This document shows, in pieces, positions 50,304 through 60,391 of a stretch of 64,000 nucleotides of DNA (positions within the stretch are counted from its first letter, which is position 1; the number at the start of each line of letters is the position of its first letter). This stretch comes from an uncultured Candidatus Binatia bacterium (lineage in GTDB: Bacteria; Desulfobacterota; Binatia; Bin18). The DNA is taken from contig OZ241744.1 of the NCBI GenBank assembly GCA_965200965.1, positions 576,001 through 640,000 of the forward strand, read 5' to 3'. The notes under the pieces were generated by a model. It made no database searches, was not told the origin of the DNA, and saw only the letters and a list, made by a program, of their open reading frames with translations. The translations under genes were made by a program, and so were the position numbers.

Positions 50304-51644
50304 ATGAGGTTGTGCGTCATTGGGACGGGGTATGTGGGGCTGGTAGCGGGAGTCTGTTTTGCCGAGAGCGGCCATGGAGTGGTGTGTGTGGATATTGACC
50401 GGCACAAGATCGCCGAGCTCCAGGCCGGCCGGGTGCCGATCTACGAACCCGGCCTAGCCGAGCTGATGCGGCGCAACATGGCCGAGGGACGGCTGCGGTT
50501 TTCCGCCGATCTGGCCGAAGCGGTCAAGGACAGCTTGGTGTGCTTTATCGCCGTTGGCACGCCGCCCGACAGCGATGGCTCAGCCGATGTACACATGGTG
50601 GCCGAGGTGGCTCGGGGAATTGCCCGCGCCATGCCCGGTTACCGGATTATCGTCCTCAAGAGCACGGTCCCGGTCGGGACGGCCGATGCGGTGCAACGGA
50701 CGGTGGCGGCCCTCACCGAACACCCGTTTGACATTATCTCGAACCCCGAGTTTCTCAAAGAAGGGGCCGCGGTTGCAGACTTCATGAAGCCCGACCGTGT
50801 TCTCCTGGGCGGCGCTGACGAGCGCGCCCTGTCTGTCGTACAGGATTTGTATACGCCGTTTGTCCGCACCGACAATCCGATTATGGTGATGGATAACCGC
50901 AGCGCAGAAATGACCAAGTATGCGGCCAACGCGTTTCTGGCTACCCGTATTTCGTTTATCAACGAGATTGCACGGTTGTGTGAAAAAATTGGGGCCGATG
51001 TGGTTGATGTGCGGCGCGGGCTCGGGTCGGATCGGCGGATTGGCCACGCTTTCCTGTTTCCCGGTGTTGGCTATGGCGGCTCCTGCTTTCCCAAGGATGT
51101 GCAGGCGGTCATCAGAACGGCCGAGAGCCATGACATAGACTTCCCGCTGCTGCGAGCCGTTGAGGCGGTCAACATCCGACAGAAACGCCTCTTAGTCAAG
51201 AAGGTCCAGCAGACCTTTGGCACCGATCTCAGCGGGCGGAAGCTGGCTATCTGGGGCTTGGCCTTCAAGCCGCGAACCGATGATATGCGCCAAGCCCCGT
51301 CGGTGGTGATTGTCGAGGCCCTGTTGACTGCCGGGGCCAGCCTCGCGGTCCACGACCCGAAAGCGCTTGACCGGGCCCGCCAACTCTTTGGCTCGCGCGT
51401 GTCCTACTACCGGGGCAATTACGAGGTCCTGGACGGGGTGGATGCCCTGCTGATTGTTACCGAGTGGAACGAGTTTCGGCAGCCGGACTTTGCCCGCATG
51501 CGTTCGCTGATGAAGACGCCGGTCATTTTTGACGGCCGCAACCTGTATGAGCCGAGGCGGATGGACCTGGAGGGCTTTCGCTACTATTCGGTTGGCCGCC
51601 GGGCGGTTGGTCTTCCCTCTTCGGACACGGCGTCCACGGCCTGA
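50304..51644 (+). CDS. ugd: UDP-glucose 6-dehydrogenase
   Basis: IGTGYVGL, KSTVPVGT, SNPEFLKEG, GYGGSCFPKD, GLAFKP.TDD.R. Confidence 0.95.
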   Translation: MRLCVIGTGYVGLVAGVCFAESGHGVVCVDIDRHKIAELQAGRVPIYEPGLAELMRRNMAEGRLRFSADLAEAVKDSLVCFIAVGTPPDSDGSADVHMVAEVARGIARAMPGYRIIVLKSTVPVGTADAVQRTVAALTEHPFDIISNPEFLKEGAAVADFMKPDRVLLGGADERALSVVQDLYTPFVRTDNPIMVMDNRSAEMTKYAANAFLATRISFINEIARLCEKIGADVVDVRRGLGSDRRIGHAFLFPGVGYGGSCFPKDVQAVIRTAESHDIDFPLLRAVEAVNIRQKRLLVKKVQQTFGTDLSGRKLAIWGLAFKPRTDDMRQAPSVVIVEALLTAGASLAVHDPKALDRARQLFGSRVSYYRGNYEVLDGVDALLIVTEWNEFRQPDFARMRSLMKTPVIFDGRNLYEPRRMDLEGFRYYSVGRRAVGLPSSDTASTA

Positions 51645-51653
51645 GGCAGCCAC

Positions 51654-52595
51654 ATGGCGCGCATCCTGGTAACGGGCGGGGCAGGCTTTATCGGCTCGTA
51701 TCTGTGCGGGCGTTTCCTGGCCGAGGGGCACGAGGTCATCTGTGTCGATAACCTAGTGACCGGCAACGCCGATAATATCGCCTCCCTGTTTGCAGACGCC
51801 CGCTTTTCCTTCATCCCCCAGGATATAACGGCCTCCATGTATGTTAAGGGCCGGCTGGACGCGATTCTTCACTTTGCCTCCCCGGCGAGTCCGACCGACT
51901 ACCTCGAACTGCCGATTCAAACCCTCAAAGTCGGCTCGCTTGGCACACATAAGGCACTGGGCTTGGCCAAAGAAAAAGGTGCCCGCCTGCTGCTGGCCTC
52001 AACCTCGGAGGTCTACGGCGACTCGCTCGTCCACCCTCAAAAAGAGGACTACTGGGGCAACGTCAATCCCATCGGTCCGCGCGGGGTGTACGACGAGGCC
52101 AAGCGTTTTGCCGAAGCGCTGGTCATGGCCTACCACCGCAGCCACGGCCTTGAGACGCGCATCGGGCGCATCTTTAACACCTATGGGCCGCGCATGCGGC
52201 TCAGGGACGGCCGGGCAGTGCCCAATTTCATCTACCAAGCCCTGCGGGGCGAGGACCTGACCGTGTATGGCGACGGCCGCCAGACCCGCAGCTTTTGTTT
52301 TGTGACCGACCTGATTGAAGGGCTGTGTCGGCTGCTGTGGTCGGATTACACCGGCCCGGTCAATCTCGGCAATCCCCACGAGATGTCGGTGCTGGACTTT
52401 GCCAGGCTGATTATCGGCCTGACCAGCAGCCGGAGTCAGATTGCCTTCCGGCCTCTGCCGGTTGACGACCCTCAGGTCCGGCAGCCGGATATCAGCTTGG
52501 CGTGGCGCGTGCTGGGCTGGCAGCCGCAGGTGTCGCTTGAAGACGGGCTGGGGCGGACTATCGCCTATTTTCGGGACAAGCTCGAACACGAATAG
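51654..52595 (+). CDS. UDP-glucuronate decarboxylase (UDP-xylose synthase-like SDR)
   Basis: [63 protein letters not shown]. Confidence 0.92.
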   Translation: MARILVTGGAGFIGSYLCGRFLAEGHEVICVDNLVTGNADNIASLFADARFSFIPQDITASMYVKGRLDAILHFASPASPTDYLELPIQTLKVGSLGTHKALGLAKEKGARLLLASTSEVYGDSLVHPQKEDYWGNVNPIGPRGVYDEAKRFAEALVMAYHRSHGLETRIGRIFNTYGPRMRLRDGRAVPNFIYQALRGEDLTVYGDGRQTRSFCFVTDLIEGLCRLLWSDYTGPVNLGNPHEMSVLDFARLIIGLTSSRSQIAFRPLPVDDPQVRQPDISLAWRVLGWQPQVSLEDGLGRTIAYFRDKLEHE

Positions 52596-52619
52596 ACGAG
52601 CCGGGCAGGAGGATCAGGT

Positions 52620-53546
52620 ATGCGGGTGCTGGTCACCGGGGGGGCGGGGTTCATCGGCTCCCATGTTGTAGACGCCTATATTGCGGCCGGCCATGAGGTC
52701 CTGGTGGTAGATGATCTCTCGACCGGCAAGCGGGCCAACCTGCACCCGCGGGCGTGTTTTGTCCAGGCCGCTATTCAAGACCCGGAAGTCCGGCGGCTGA
52801 TTGCTGAAGAAAGCATTGAGGTCGTCAACCACCACGCCGCCCAGATGGATGTCCGCCGTTCGGTGGCCGATCCGCTGTTTGATGCGCGGGTGAACATCCT
52901 CGGCCTGCTGAACATCTTGGAAGGGGCTCGCCAAGCGCAGGTAGGCAAGATCATCTTTGCCTCTTCGGGCGGGACGGTGTACGGTGAGCAGCAGGTCTTT
53001 CCGGCCAATGAGACCCATCCCACCCGCCCAACCAGCCCGTATGGCGTGAGCAAGCTGAGCGGCGAGCACTATCTGTCTTTCTATCAGGCTGCCTACGGAA
53101 TGCCGTATATTGCGCTGCGCTACGCCAATATCTACGGCCCGCGCCAGGACCCCCACGGCGAGGCCGGGGTTGTGGCGATTTTCAGCCTGCGGCTGCTGGC
53201 CGGCCAGCAAGCGGTGATTCATGGCGACGGCGAGCAGACGCGCGACTATGTGTTTGTCCACGAGGTCGCCCGGGCCAACGTAGCGGCTCTCCAGGCCGAC
53301 TATACGGGCGCGCTGAATATCGGCACCGGGCGAGAGACCAGCGTCAATACCCTGTTCCGACAGTTGCGTCGCTTGGCCGGGTCGGATGCCGCGGAACACC
53401 ACGGGCCGGCCCAAGCCGGAGAACAGCGCCGCAGCGTCCTGGCCGGAGGCCGGGCCGAGCGGATATTGGGCTGGCGTTCACAGGTAACGCTCGCCGATGG
53501 CCTCGAGCGGACGGTGGCCTTCTTTCGAGACCGGCGGGATGGATAG
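52620..53546 (+). CDS. NAD-dependent epimerase/dehydratase (UDP-glucose 4-epimerase-like)
   Basis: [48 protein letters not shown]. Confidence 0.92.
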   Translation: MRVLVTGGAGFIGSHVVDAYIAAGHEVLVVDDLSTGKRANLHPRACFVQAAIQDPEVRRLIAEESIEVVNHHAAQMDVRRSVADPLFDARVNILGLLNILEGARQAQVGKIIFASSGGTVYGEQQVFPANETHPTRPTSPYGVSKLSGEHYLSFYQAAYGMPYIALRYANIYGPRQDPHGEAGVVAIFSLRLLAGQQAVIHGDGEQTRDYVFVHEVARANVAALQADYTGALNIGTGRETSVNTLFRQLRRLAGSDAAEHHGPAQAGEQRRSVLAGGRAERILGWRSQVTLADGLERTVAFFRDRRDG

Positions 53547-53549
53547 CAC

Positions 53550-55361
53550 ATGGACAGCAGCCTGATCCGCAACTTCAGCATTGTCGCCCATATCGATCAT
53601 GGCAAATCGACCTTGGCCGACAAGCTGCTGTCGTATTCGGGCTCGGTCAGCGGGCGCGAAGAGGCGGCCCAATTTCTGGATACAATGGACCTGGAGCAGG
53701 AGCGGGGCATTACGATCAAGGCCCGCACAGTGCGCCTCGGCTACCAGGCTCAGGACGGCCAGACCTATTGTCTGAACCTGATTGACACCCCCGGCCATGT
53801 GGACTTTTCCTACGAGGTGTCGCGCAGCCTATCGGCCTGTGAGGGGGCCGTTCTGGTGGTTGACGCCGCCCAGGGCGTCGAAGCCCAGACCCTGGCCAAC
53901 ACCTATCTGGCCCTGGACCACTCGCTGGAGATTCTGCCGGTCATCAACAAAATAGACCTGCCCAGCGCCGACCCTGACCGGGTGCGGGCCGAGATCGAGG
54001 ATGTCATCGGCCTCGATGGCAGCGAAGCCGTCCTGACCAGCGCCAAACACGGGCGCGGGATTGGGGAGGTGCTGGAAGGGATTGTGCGGACCGTCCCCGC
54101 GCCTCGGGGCGATCCGCGTCAGCCGCTCAGCGCCCTGCTGTTTGATAGCTGGTTTGACCCCTACCAGGGCGCGGTTGCGCAGGTCCGCGTTTTTGACGGG
54201 GTGCTGCGGGCCGGTATGCGTATCCAGTTTCTGTCAACCGGCAAGGTCTACGAGGTGGGCCAGCTCGGCGTTTTCGCTCCGCGGCCGCTTGCCGTGTCCG
54301 AGCTGGGGCCAGGCGAGGTCGGCTTTGTGATGGCCAACATCAAGACCGTGACCGAGGCCCGGGTCGGGGATACGATTACCGCGGCCGAGCGGCCCACCCC
54401 GCGGCCGTTGCCCGGCTTCAAAGAGGTCAAGCCGATGGTCTTCAGCGGTCTCTACCCGGTCGAATCCCACCAGTACGGCGCGCTCCGCGACGCGATGGAG
54501 AAACTCCGGCTGAACGATTCCTCGCTGCGCTATGAAAAAGAGAGTTCTCTGGCACTCGGTTTTGGCTTCCGGTGCGGTTTTCTGGGCCTGCTGCACATGG
54601 AAGTTGTCCAGGAGCGCATAGAGCGAGAGTTTGGTCTGGCCCTCATTACCACCACGCCGACCGTCGAGTACCGGGTGCGCAAACACAGCGGCGAGGCGCT
54701 GCTGGTCGATAATCCGGCGCTGCTGCCGCTGGTCGGGGAGATTGAGGCGATTGAAGAGCCGTTTATTCTGGCCACCATCCATGTCCCGAGCGAGCATCTG
54801 GGCAACGTTCTCCACCTGTGCCAGGAACGCCGCGGCGTCCAGCGTGCGCTGCAATATCCGGGTCTCGGGCGTGCCCTGGTGTTGTATGAACTGCCGCTCA
54901 ACGAGGTCGTGGTGGACTTTCACGACCGCCTCAAGTCAGTCACGCGTGGCTATGCGTCGCTTGACTATGAGTTGCTCGACCTGCGGCCGGCTGACTTGGT
55001 CAAGCTCGATGTGCGCATCAATAACGACATTGTCGATGCCCTGTCGCTGATTGTCCACCGCGATCAAGCCTATGGCCGGGGCCGCGAGCTGGTCCAGACA
55101 ATGCGTGAACTGATTCCGCGTCAGATGTTCGAGGTGGCGGTCCAGGCAGCTGTTGGCAACAAGGTGATTGCGCGTGAAAGCGTCAAAGCGCTGCGCAAAA
55201 ATGTCACTGCCAAGTGCTACGGAGGGGATATTACGCGTAAGCGAAAACTGCTAGAGAAACAAAAAGAGGGAAAACGGCGCATGAAGCAAGTCGGACGGGT
55301 TGAGATTCCACAGGACGCTTTTCTGGCTCTGCTGCGGGTTGGGGAAAAAGGGGAACGCTGA
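53550..55361 (+). CDS. lepA: Translation elongation factor 4
   Basis: [57 protein letters not shown]. Confidence 0.98.
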   Translation: MDSSLIRNFSIVAHIDHGKSTLADKLLSYSGSVSGREEAAQFLDTMDLEQERGITIKARTVRLGYQAQDGQTYCLNLIDTPGHVDFSYEVSRSLSACEGAVLVVDAAQGVEAQTLANTYLALDHSLEILPVINKIDLPSADPDRVRAEIEDVIGLDGSEAVLTSAKHGRGIGEVLEGIVRTVPAPRGDPRQPLSALLFDSWFDPYQGAVAQVRVFDGVLRAGMRIQFLSTGKVYEVGQLGVFAPRPLAVSELGPGEVGFVMANIKTVTEARVGDTITAAERPTPRPLPGFKEVKPMVFSGLYPVESHQYGALRDAMEKLRLNDSSLRYEKESSLALGFGFRCGFLGLLHMEVVQERIEREFGLALITTTPTVEYRVRKHSGEALLVDNPALLPLVGEIEAIEEPFILATIHVPSEHLGNVLHLCQERRGVQRALQYPGLGRALVLYELPLNEVVVDFHDRLKSVTRGYASLDYELLDLRPADLVKLDVRINNDIVDALSLIVHRDQAYGRGRELVQTMRELIPRQMFEVAVQAAVGNKVIARESVKALRKNVTAKCYGGDITRKRKLLEKQKEGKRRMKQVGRVEIPQDAFLALLRVGEKGER

Positions 55362-55431
55362 TGACCACCTCATCAACAGAGCCGCGTTCGCCTAGTGCCG
55401 ACCGTCCGCGTCCTGGGCAGTAGGCGCGGTC

Positions 55432-56124
55432 ATGGCCAGGAACAAACCGTCTCTACACGCTTCCCTCGGGCTGGCCACCCCGACTGCCGCACACAAGGGC
55501 GCGCCGGCGTCGGCCAAGGTCCGGCAAAAATCCGTTATTCGGGAATACACCGAAGCCCTGCTAGTTGCCCTGCTGCTGGCCCTGTTCATCCGCAGCTTCA
55601 TCGTCCAGGCCTTCAAGATTCCCTCCGGCTCCATGCTGACGACACTCCAGGTCGGCGACCACATCCTGGTCAACAAGTTTCTGTACGGCCTGCGCCTGCC
55701 CTATCCAATTGACCTGCCCATCGTCCAGTGGAACCAGCCCCGGCGGGGGGATGTGATTGTCTTTGTCTACCCCAAAGACCCCAGCAAAGACTTCATCAAG
55801 CGGGTGGTGGCGGTTGGCGGTGATACGGTCGAGATCCGCCGCAAACAACTCTTTATCAACGGCCAGCCGGCCGACGATCTCTACGCTACCTTTGCCGAGG
55901 CCGGCCAGGAGCGGCCAGGACCGCGCGATAATCTCAGACCGATTCGGGTCCCACCCAACCGTCTGTTTGTGATGGGCGACAACCGCGACCACAGCCATGA
56001 CAGCCGGTTTTGGGGTTTTGTTGACACGCAGGATGTCAAAGGCAAAGCCTTTCTGATCTACTGGTCCTGGGACGGGGCTGACCGCTGGGTGCGTTGGGAG
56101 CGCCTGGGGTCGCTGATTCACTAG
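55432..56124 (+). CDS. lepB: Signal peptidase I
   Basis: FKIPSGSM, GDHILVNK, FIKRV, MGDNRDHSHDSRFWG. Confidence 0.96.
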   Translation: MARNKPSLHASLGLATPTAAHKGAPASAKVRQKSVIREYTEALLVALLLALFIRSFIVQAFKIPSGSMLTTLQVGDHILVNKFLYGLRLPYPIDLPIVQWNQPRRGDVIVFVYPKDPSKDFIKRVVAVGGDTVEIRRKQLFINGQPADDLYATFAEAGQERPGPRDNLRPIRVPPNRLFVMGDNRDHSHDSRFWGFVDTQDVKGKAFLIYWSWDGADRWVRWERLGSLIH

Positions 56125-56136
56125 GGCGGGGAGGCC

Positions 56137-57798
56137 ATGAGTCGGCTTGAGACCATGCTGCTGGCGACCGGCAAGCTGTCGTCTGACGATCTGCGCCGGG
56201 TCCGCCAAGTCCAGCAGGAACGCGGCGAGCCGCTCGAGCGCCTGTTGCTCGAACTTGGCTTCATGGCTGAGGACGACTTGCTGCCCGTCCTGGCCGACTA
56301 CTACCACGCGCCGCTGATCGGGGTGGGTGACTTTCCGCAAGCCCCGCCCGACCTCGGCGCTATCAACCCCGCCTACTTTCGCCAGGCGCGCATCTGTCCG
56401 CTGCGCATTGAGGACGGCCAGCTCATCGCCGCTATGGCCGACCCTGGCGATGTAGACGCCGTCGAAGCCTTGGAGAAGGCGACCGGTTTACGGCTAGTCC
56501 GCCGTCTGGCGCGTGAGCGCGATCTGATCGACACCCTGACCGCCTACTACGCCGAAGGGAGCGGGACGGGGGCTGAGACCGGGGAGGGCGGCTCTATTGA
56601 AGAGGATCAGGACGATGTTGCGCATCTGCGCGACTTGGCCAGCGAGGCACCGGTCATTCGCCTGGTCAATGTCATGATCTCTCGGGCGATGGAGCAGCGG
56701 GCCTCCGACATTCACATTGAGCCGTTTGAGAAGGAACTCCGCATCCGCTACCGCATTGACGGCATTTTGCACGATATTGAGGCACCTCCGCGCCGCTTGC
56801 AGGCCGCCCTCATCTCACGTGTCAAGCTGATGGCGAAGCTGAACATTGCTGAACGCCGCCTGCCCCAGGACGGGCGGATCAAGCTGCGGATGCTCGGCCG
56901 TGAGGTGGATCTGCGGGTCTCAACCCTGCCGACGCTGTACGGAGAGAGCCTTGTCCTGCGTATTCTGGACCGCTCCAGCATTACACTGAGCCTCGAATCT
57001 CTGGGGTTCCCGGCAGATATCCTGGAGTTGTTCGAGAGCATGATCACCAAGCCCTACGGCATGATCCTGGTGACCGGGCCGACCGGCAGCGGCAAGACGA
57101 CCACGCTGTACGGTGCCTTGGACAAAATTAACTCGCCCGACAAAAAAATCATTACCATCGAAGACCCTGTTGAGTATCAGCTCAGCGGCGTCAATCAGGT
57201 CCACGTCAAACCCCAGATCGGCCTCAGCTTTGCCTCTGGCCTGCGCTCCATTGTGCGTCAAGACCCGGATATCATCATGATTGGGGAGATTCGGGACTAT
57301 GAAACCGCGGAGATTGCGATTCAGTCCGCCCTCACCGGTCACTTGGTGTTCTCGACCCTGCACACCAACGATGCCGCCGGCGCTGTCTCTCGCCTCCTGG
57401 AGATGGGGGTTGAAGACTATCTGTTGGCCTCCTCACTGCTGGGAGTGATGGCCCAGCGCCTCGTCCGCTCATTATGTCGCCAGTGCTGCCGTGGCGTAGA
57501 GTTGAGCGGACAGGAACCCGGCCTGAGCAGCAACGGCGCTACGCCCACCCTGGCCTACGACGCGGTCGGCTGTGGGGCCTGCGCCAACACCGGCTATCGC
57601 GGTCGCCGGGGCATCTTTGAGTTGATGACGGTCGATGAAGACATCCGTCAGCTCATCCTCAAACGCGCCTCAGCCGACGCCATTAAGAACCGCGCCATTG
57701 CCACCCAGCATATGCGCGTCCTGCGGGACGACGGCTGGCGCACAGTCGACGAGGGCTTGACCACCGTCGCCGAAGTCCTGCGGGTAACGCAGGAGTGA
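56137..57798 (+). CDS. gspE: Type II secretion ATPase GspE/PulE
   Basis: MshEN-like N-terminus, ASDIHIEP, IAERRLPQDG, TGPTGSGKTTTLY, RQDPDIIMIGEIRD, TLHTND, CxxC...CxxC. Confidence 0.92.
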   Translation: MSRLETMLLATGKLSSDDLRRVRQVQQERGEPLERLLLELGFMAEDDLLPVLADYYHAPLIGVGDFPQAPPDLGAINPAYFRQARICPLRIEDGQLIAAMADPGDVDAVEALEKATGLRLVRRLARERDLIDTLTAYYAEGSGTGAETGEGGSIEEDQDDVAHLRDLASEAPVIRLVNVMISRAMEQRASDIHIEPFEKELRIRYRIDGILHDIEAPPRRLQAALISRVKLMAKLNIAERRLPQDGRIKLRMLGREVDLRVSTLPTLYGESLVLRILDRSSITLSLESLGFPADILELFESMITKPYGMILVTGPTGSGKTTTLYGALDKINSPDKKIITIEDPVEYQLSGVNQVHVKPQIGLSFASGLRSIVRQDPDIIMIGEIRDYETAEIAIQSALTGHLVFSTLHTNDAAGAVSRLLEMGVEDYLLASSLLGVMAQRLVRSLCRQCCRGVELSGQEPGLSSNGATPTLAYDAVGCGACANTGYRGRRGIFELMTVDEDIRQLILKRASADAIKNRAIATQHMRVLRDDGWRTVDEGLTTVAEVLRVTQE

Positions 57799-57862
57799 AA
57801 ACGGAACGCCAGTGACAATTGCGTGGTGAGATGGGGCATGATATTGAGCAGAGGCGGAGCGC

Positions 57863-59234
57863 ATGAATAAAGCCTTTATCTACCGCCTACATCCCACGCC
57901 CGACCAGGAAGCCATCCTCTGGCAATGGATAGGCGCGGGCCGCTGGGTCTATAACCGCTCCCTTGAGTTGAATACCAGGCAGTATGAGCAGGACGGGACC
58001 TTTGTCTTTGCTAAGACACCAAAGACAGGGCTAAGTGCATCTGCTTACCCACCAATGGAGCAAAGAGCATCCTTGGCTCAAAGACCCGCCTAATGGAGCA
58101 TTGCGCCAGCGTATCAATGATTTTGATAAGGCCCTCAAAGCCGGCAAGAAGGGCGGCAAGGGAACGGGTTTCCCCAAGTTTCGGTCTCGTCATATTGAAC
58201 GCCACCAAACCCTGCGTTTTCCTCACAACCGGACCAAAAAGAAACCAAGGGGGAACATCACCCCGACCCAAAGAGGCGTCCGGCTCCCGAAAATGCCTAG
58301 CCGCATCCGTTGGACCAAGCACCGCCCGCTCGAAGGACGGCTGAAATCGGTCACGGTCAAACGCGAGAATAACCGGTGGTTCGCGGTGTGCCTGTGTGAA
58401 CTGGAGGATGTCCTATTCACCCCGCCGACCTCAGAGGCGGAAGTCATAGGGATTGACCTGGGCCTAAAGCCGACTATCGCTAGGTGCAGCGATGGAACGA
58501 AGTTCGACACACAAAATGTTCTTTCGGAGAGAAGAAAAGAAACTTGCCCGTGTTCAGCGGGCGCTCAGCCGCAAAAAGAAAGGAAGTGCAAACCGACAGA
58601 AAGCAAAACGAAAAGTGAATACGGTCCATTACCGTATCAAGTGCCGGCGAAAAAACTATGCCCACCGGACGACCACGTCGATAGCCAAGCGTGTTCGTTT
58701 TATTGGGGTCGAGTCCTTGAACATTGCCGGTATGATGAAAGACCGCCGTCAGGCCAAAAGCGTTGCCGACCAGGCGACGGGGCAATTCCTGGAACTGCTG
58801 CCGTACAAGGTCGAGGCGCGCGGGGCAGGGAGGTGTTTCCCGCAGACCACTTCTTTGCCTCCTCTCAGCAATGTTCAACGCCGGGGTGTGATGGTAAGAA
58901 AAAGATGCCGCGCGGCGTTCAGACCTACCGCTGCGAAAAATGCGGGATTGTGATGGACCGAAACCTGAACGCGGCTATCAATCTGCGCATGGTGACCGTG
59001 GAAGAATTGCGTAGGCGTGGGCACTGCCGAACGCATCCGCCTGAGAGCGGAGAATACGCCTGTGGAGATACCGCTGTCGGTGAAGCAGGAAATTGCTTGC
59101 TCGTCGGAGCGAGCAGGCCCCCAAGACCGGATTGAGTGCAAACCCCAAGCGCGGGTAAAATCCCAGGTGGTCCGCGCTGGACACAAATGCCTGAAAATGC
59201 AGGAAAAACCGGAGTAGCCGAGCAGTGAGCAGGT
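57863..59234 (+). mobile_element. tnpB: Decayed tnpB-only IS200/IS605(IS607)-type element: frameshifted TnpB plus putative omegaRNA/right end
   Basis: HTH_OrfB start AFIYRLHPT..Q, GFPKFRS, RuvC-I GIDLGL, RKKKGSANRQKAK, RuvC-II VESLNI, Zn finger, DRNLNAAINL. Three frame changes (about 58035, 58515, 58830). GCCTGTGGAG...GAAGCAGGAA motif at 59058-59091. Element ends are approximate. Confidence 0.88.
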
Positions 59235-59344
59235 ACATCCTGACGCCTCAGCAAGATAGTTCGCGTAACTGGCTCTTTTTGACGTGTGATATCACGCGTT
59301 TAGAAGGGCGCGTTGCACCGGTCAGTCCGGCGTTGGGGGCAGTG

Positions 59345-59770
59345 TCACTTGCTACTACGGTCAAGCCTGCTGAATGTCTGAACAGCGGCTCGGGCGACCT
59401 GGATAAAAACCGGGGCAATAGCGGTCTGGAGGTCGGAGAGCGGAACCCAGCGTCGCTGGCGGTCGGTTTCATATGTCGGGCACTCGCCGGTGAGGCTGGC
59501 GGCAAAGAAAAAAAATCGTTGGACGGTCTTGTCGGCCTCATCCGGCAGTGCAAGTGCGGCTAACAGGCGGCCGACCTCAACCGTGTAGCCGCTCTCCTCG
59601 GCGCACTCGCGGGCTGCGGCTCGCTCGAGGCTCTCTCCCGGCTCAACGCTTCCGACCGGAAAAATCCAGGACCGGGGATGTTTACGGCTGGTGATCAGCA
59701 AGACCTCAGGCTCGGCCGTGGCTGTGGGTCGGCTGGCAACCACACCGGCCTTGGCTGGTGGGGGCGGCAT
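59345..59770 (-). CDS. NUDIX hydrolase (DIPP/Ap6A-like)
   Basis: EVLLITSRKHPRSWIFP plus Nudix box GSVEPGESLERAAARECAEESG. Confidence 0.9.
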   Translation of the reverse strand: MPPPPAKAGVVASRPTATAEPEVLLITSRKHPRSWIFPVGSVEPGESLERAAARECAEESGYTVEVGRLLAALALPDEADKTVQRFFFFAASLTGECPTYETDRQRRWVPLSDLQTAIAPVFIQVARAAVQTFSRLDRSSK

Positions 59771-59773
59771 GGT

Positions 59774-60307
59774 CTAGTCGCGAGGCAGGTGCTCATGGCC
59801 CGGCTGTTCGTGGTGGTGCTGGTGTGAGGCCGGGCTGCTCGGGCGGACATCCCGACCGGGTTTCTGGCTCAGGCGCAGGCAAGCGAGAAATTTGACATTG
59901 GTGCCGGCGTCAAGCTCGCCAACCGCGCATTCCTCAACGTTGGGAATAAAAAAGCGAAACGGCCCGCCTTTTTTGGCCGGGAGCGGTCCGTCGCCCAGCC
60001 GATAGGCCACAATGGCGTCCTGGACCGAGGCGACCGGCAGACTGGCCGAAAATGTCCCGTCGCTGGATTCCAGGGTCATATACTGAAAGGCGGGAATGTG
60101 TCGCCTTCCGGTCGATTGGATGACACGTTCATGCCTCACGCCGTCTTTGGGGCCGACCCGGTCGAGCAGAGCCCACAGGCGAACATCGCCGTCCCAGCCA
60201 GGGACAAACTGCCCGATCTCGCCAACTTGGCCGGGCAGCCGGGTGAGGTCGGCAAAGCTGAAATCCTGCGGGCTGGAGACCTCGCCTTCTATGCGGATCT
60301 GTGTCAT
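59774..60307 (-). CDS. Small molybdopterin-dependent oxidoreductase-like protein with His-rich tail
   Basis: IRIEGEV..P..FSFADL..LP, VRLWALLDRVG, ESSDG.FSASLP, AYRLGDGPLP..GGPFRF, NVKFL; C-terminal HQHHHEQPGHEH. Confidence 0.65.
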   Translation of the reverse strand: MTQIRIEGEVSSPQDFSFADLTRLPGQVGEIGQFVPGWDGDVRLWALLDRVGPKDGVRHERVIQSTGRRHIPAFQYMTLESSDGTFSASLPVASVQDAIVAYRLGDGPLPAKKGGPFRFFIPNVEECAVGELDAGTNVKFLACLRLSQKPGRDVRPSSPASHQHHHEQPGHEHLPRD

Positions 60308-60391
60308 GTTTGTGTCTCCTGCGGGGCATGGGTGTTCTTTGGGGGGCTTGTAGCAGGCAGCGGCCCCTCAGGAAGGCCGGCCCAAGCAGAC

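Noticed and set aside
58035-59135. Intact 366-aa TnpB
   Set aside because: It lacks the N-terminal HTH, and its middle third is out of frame (the real sequence is in ORF 58492-58953).
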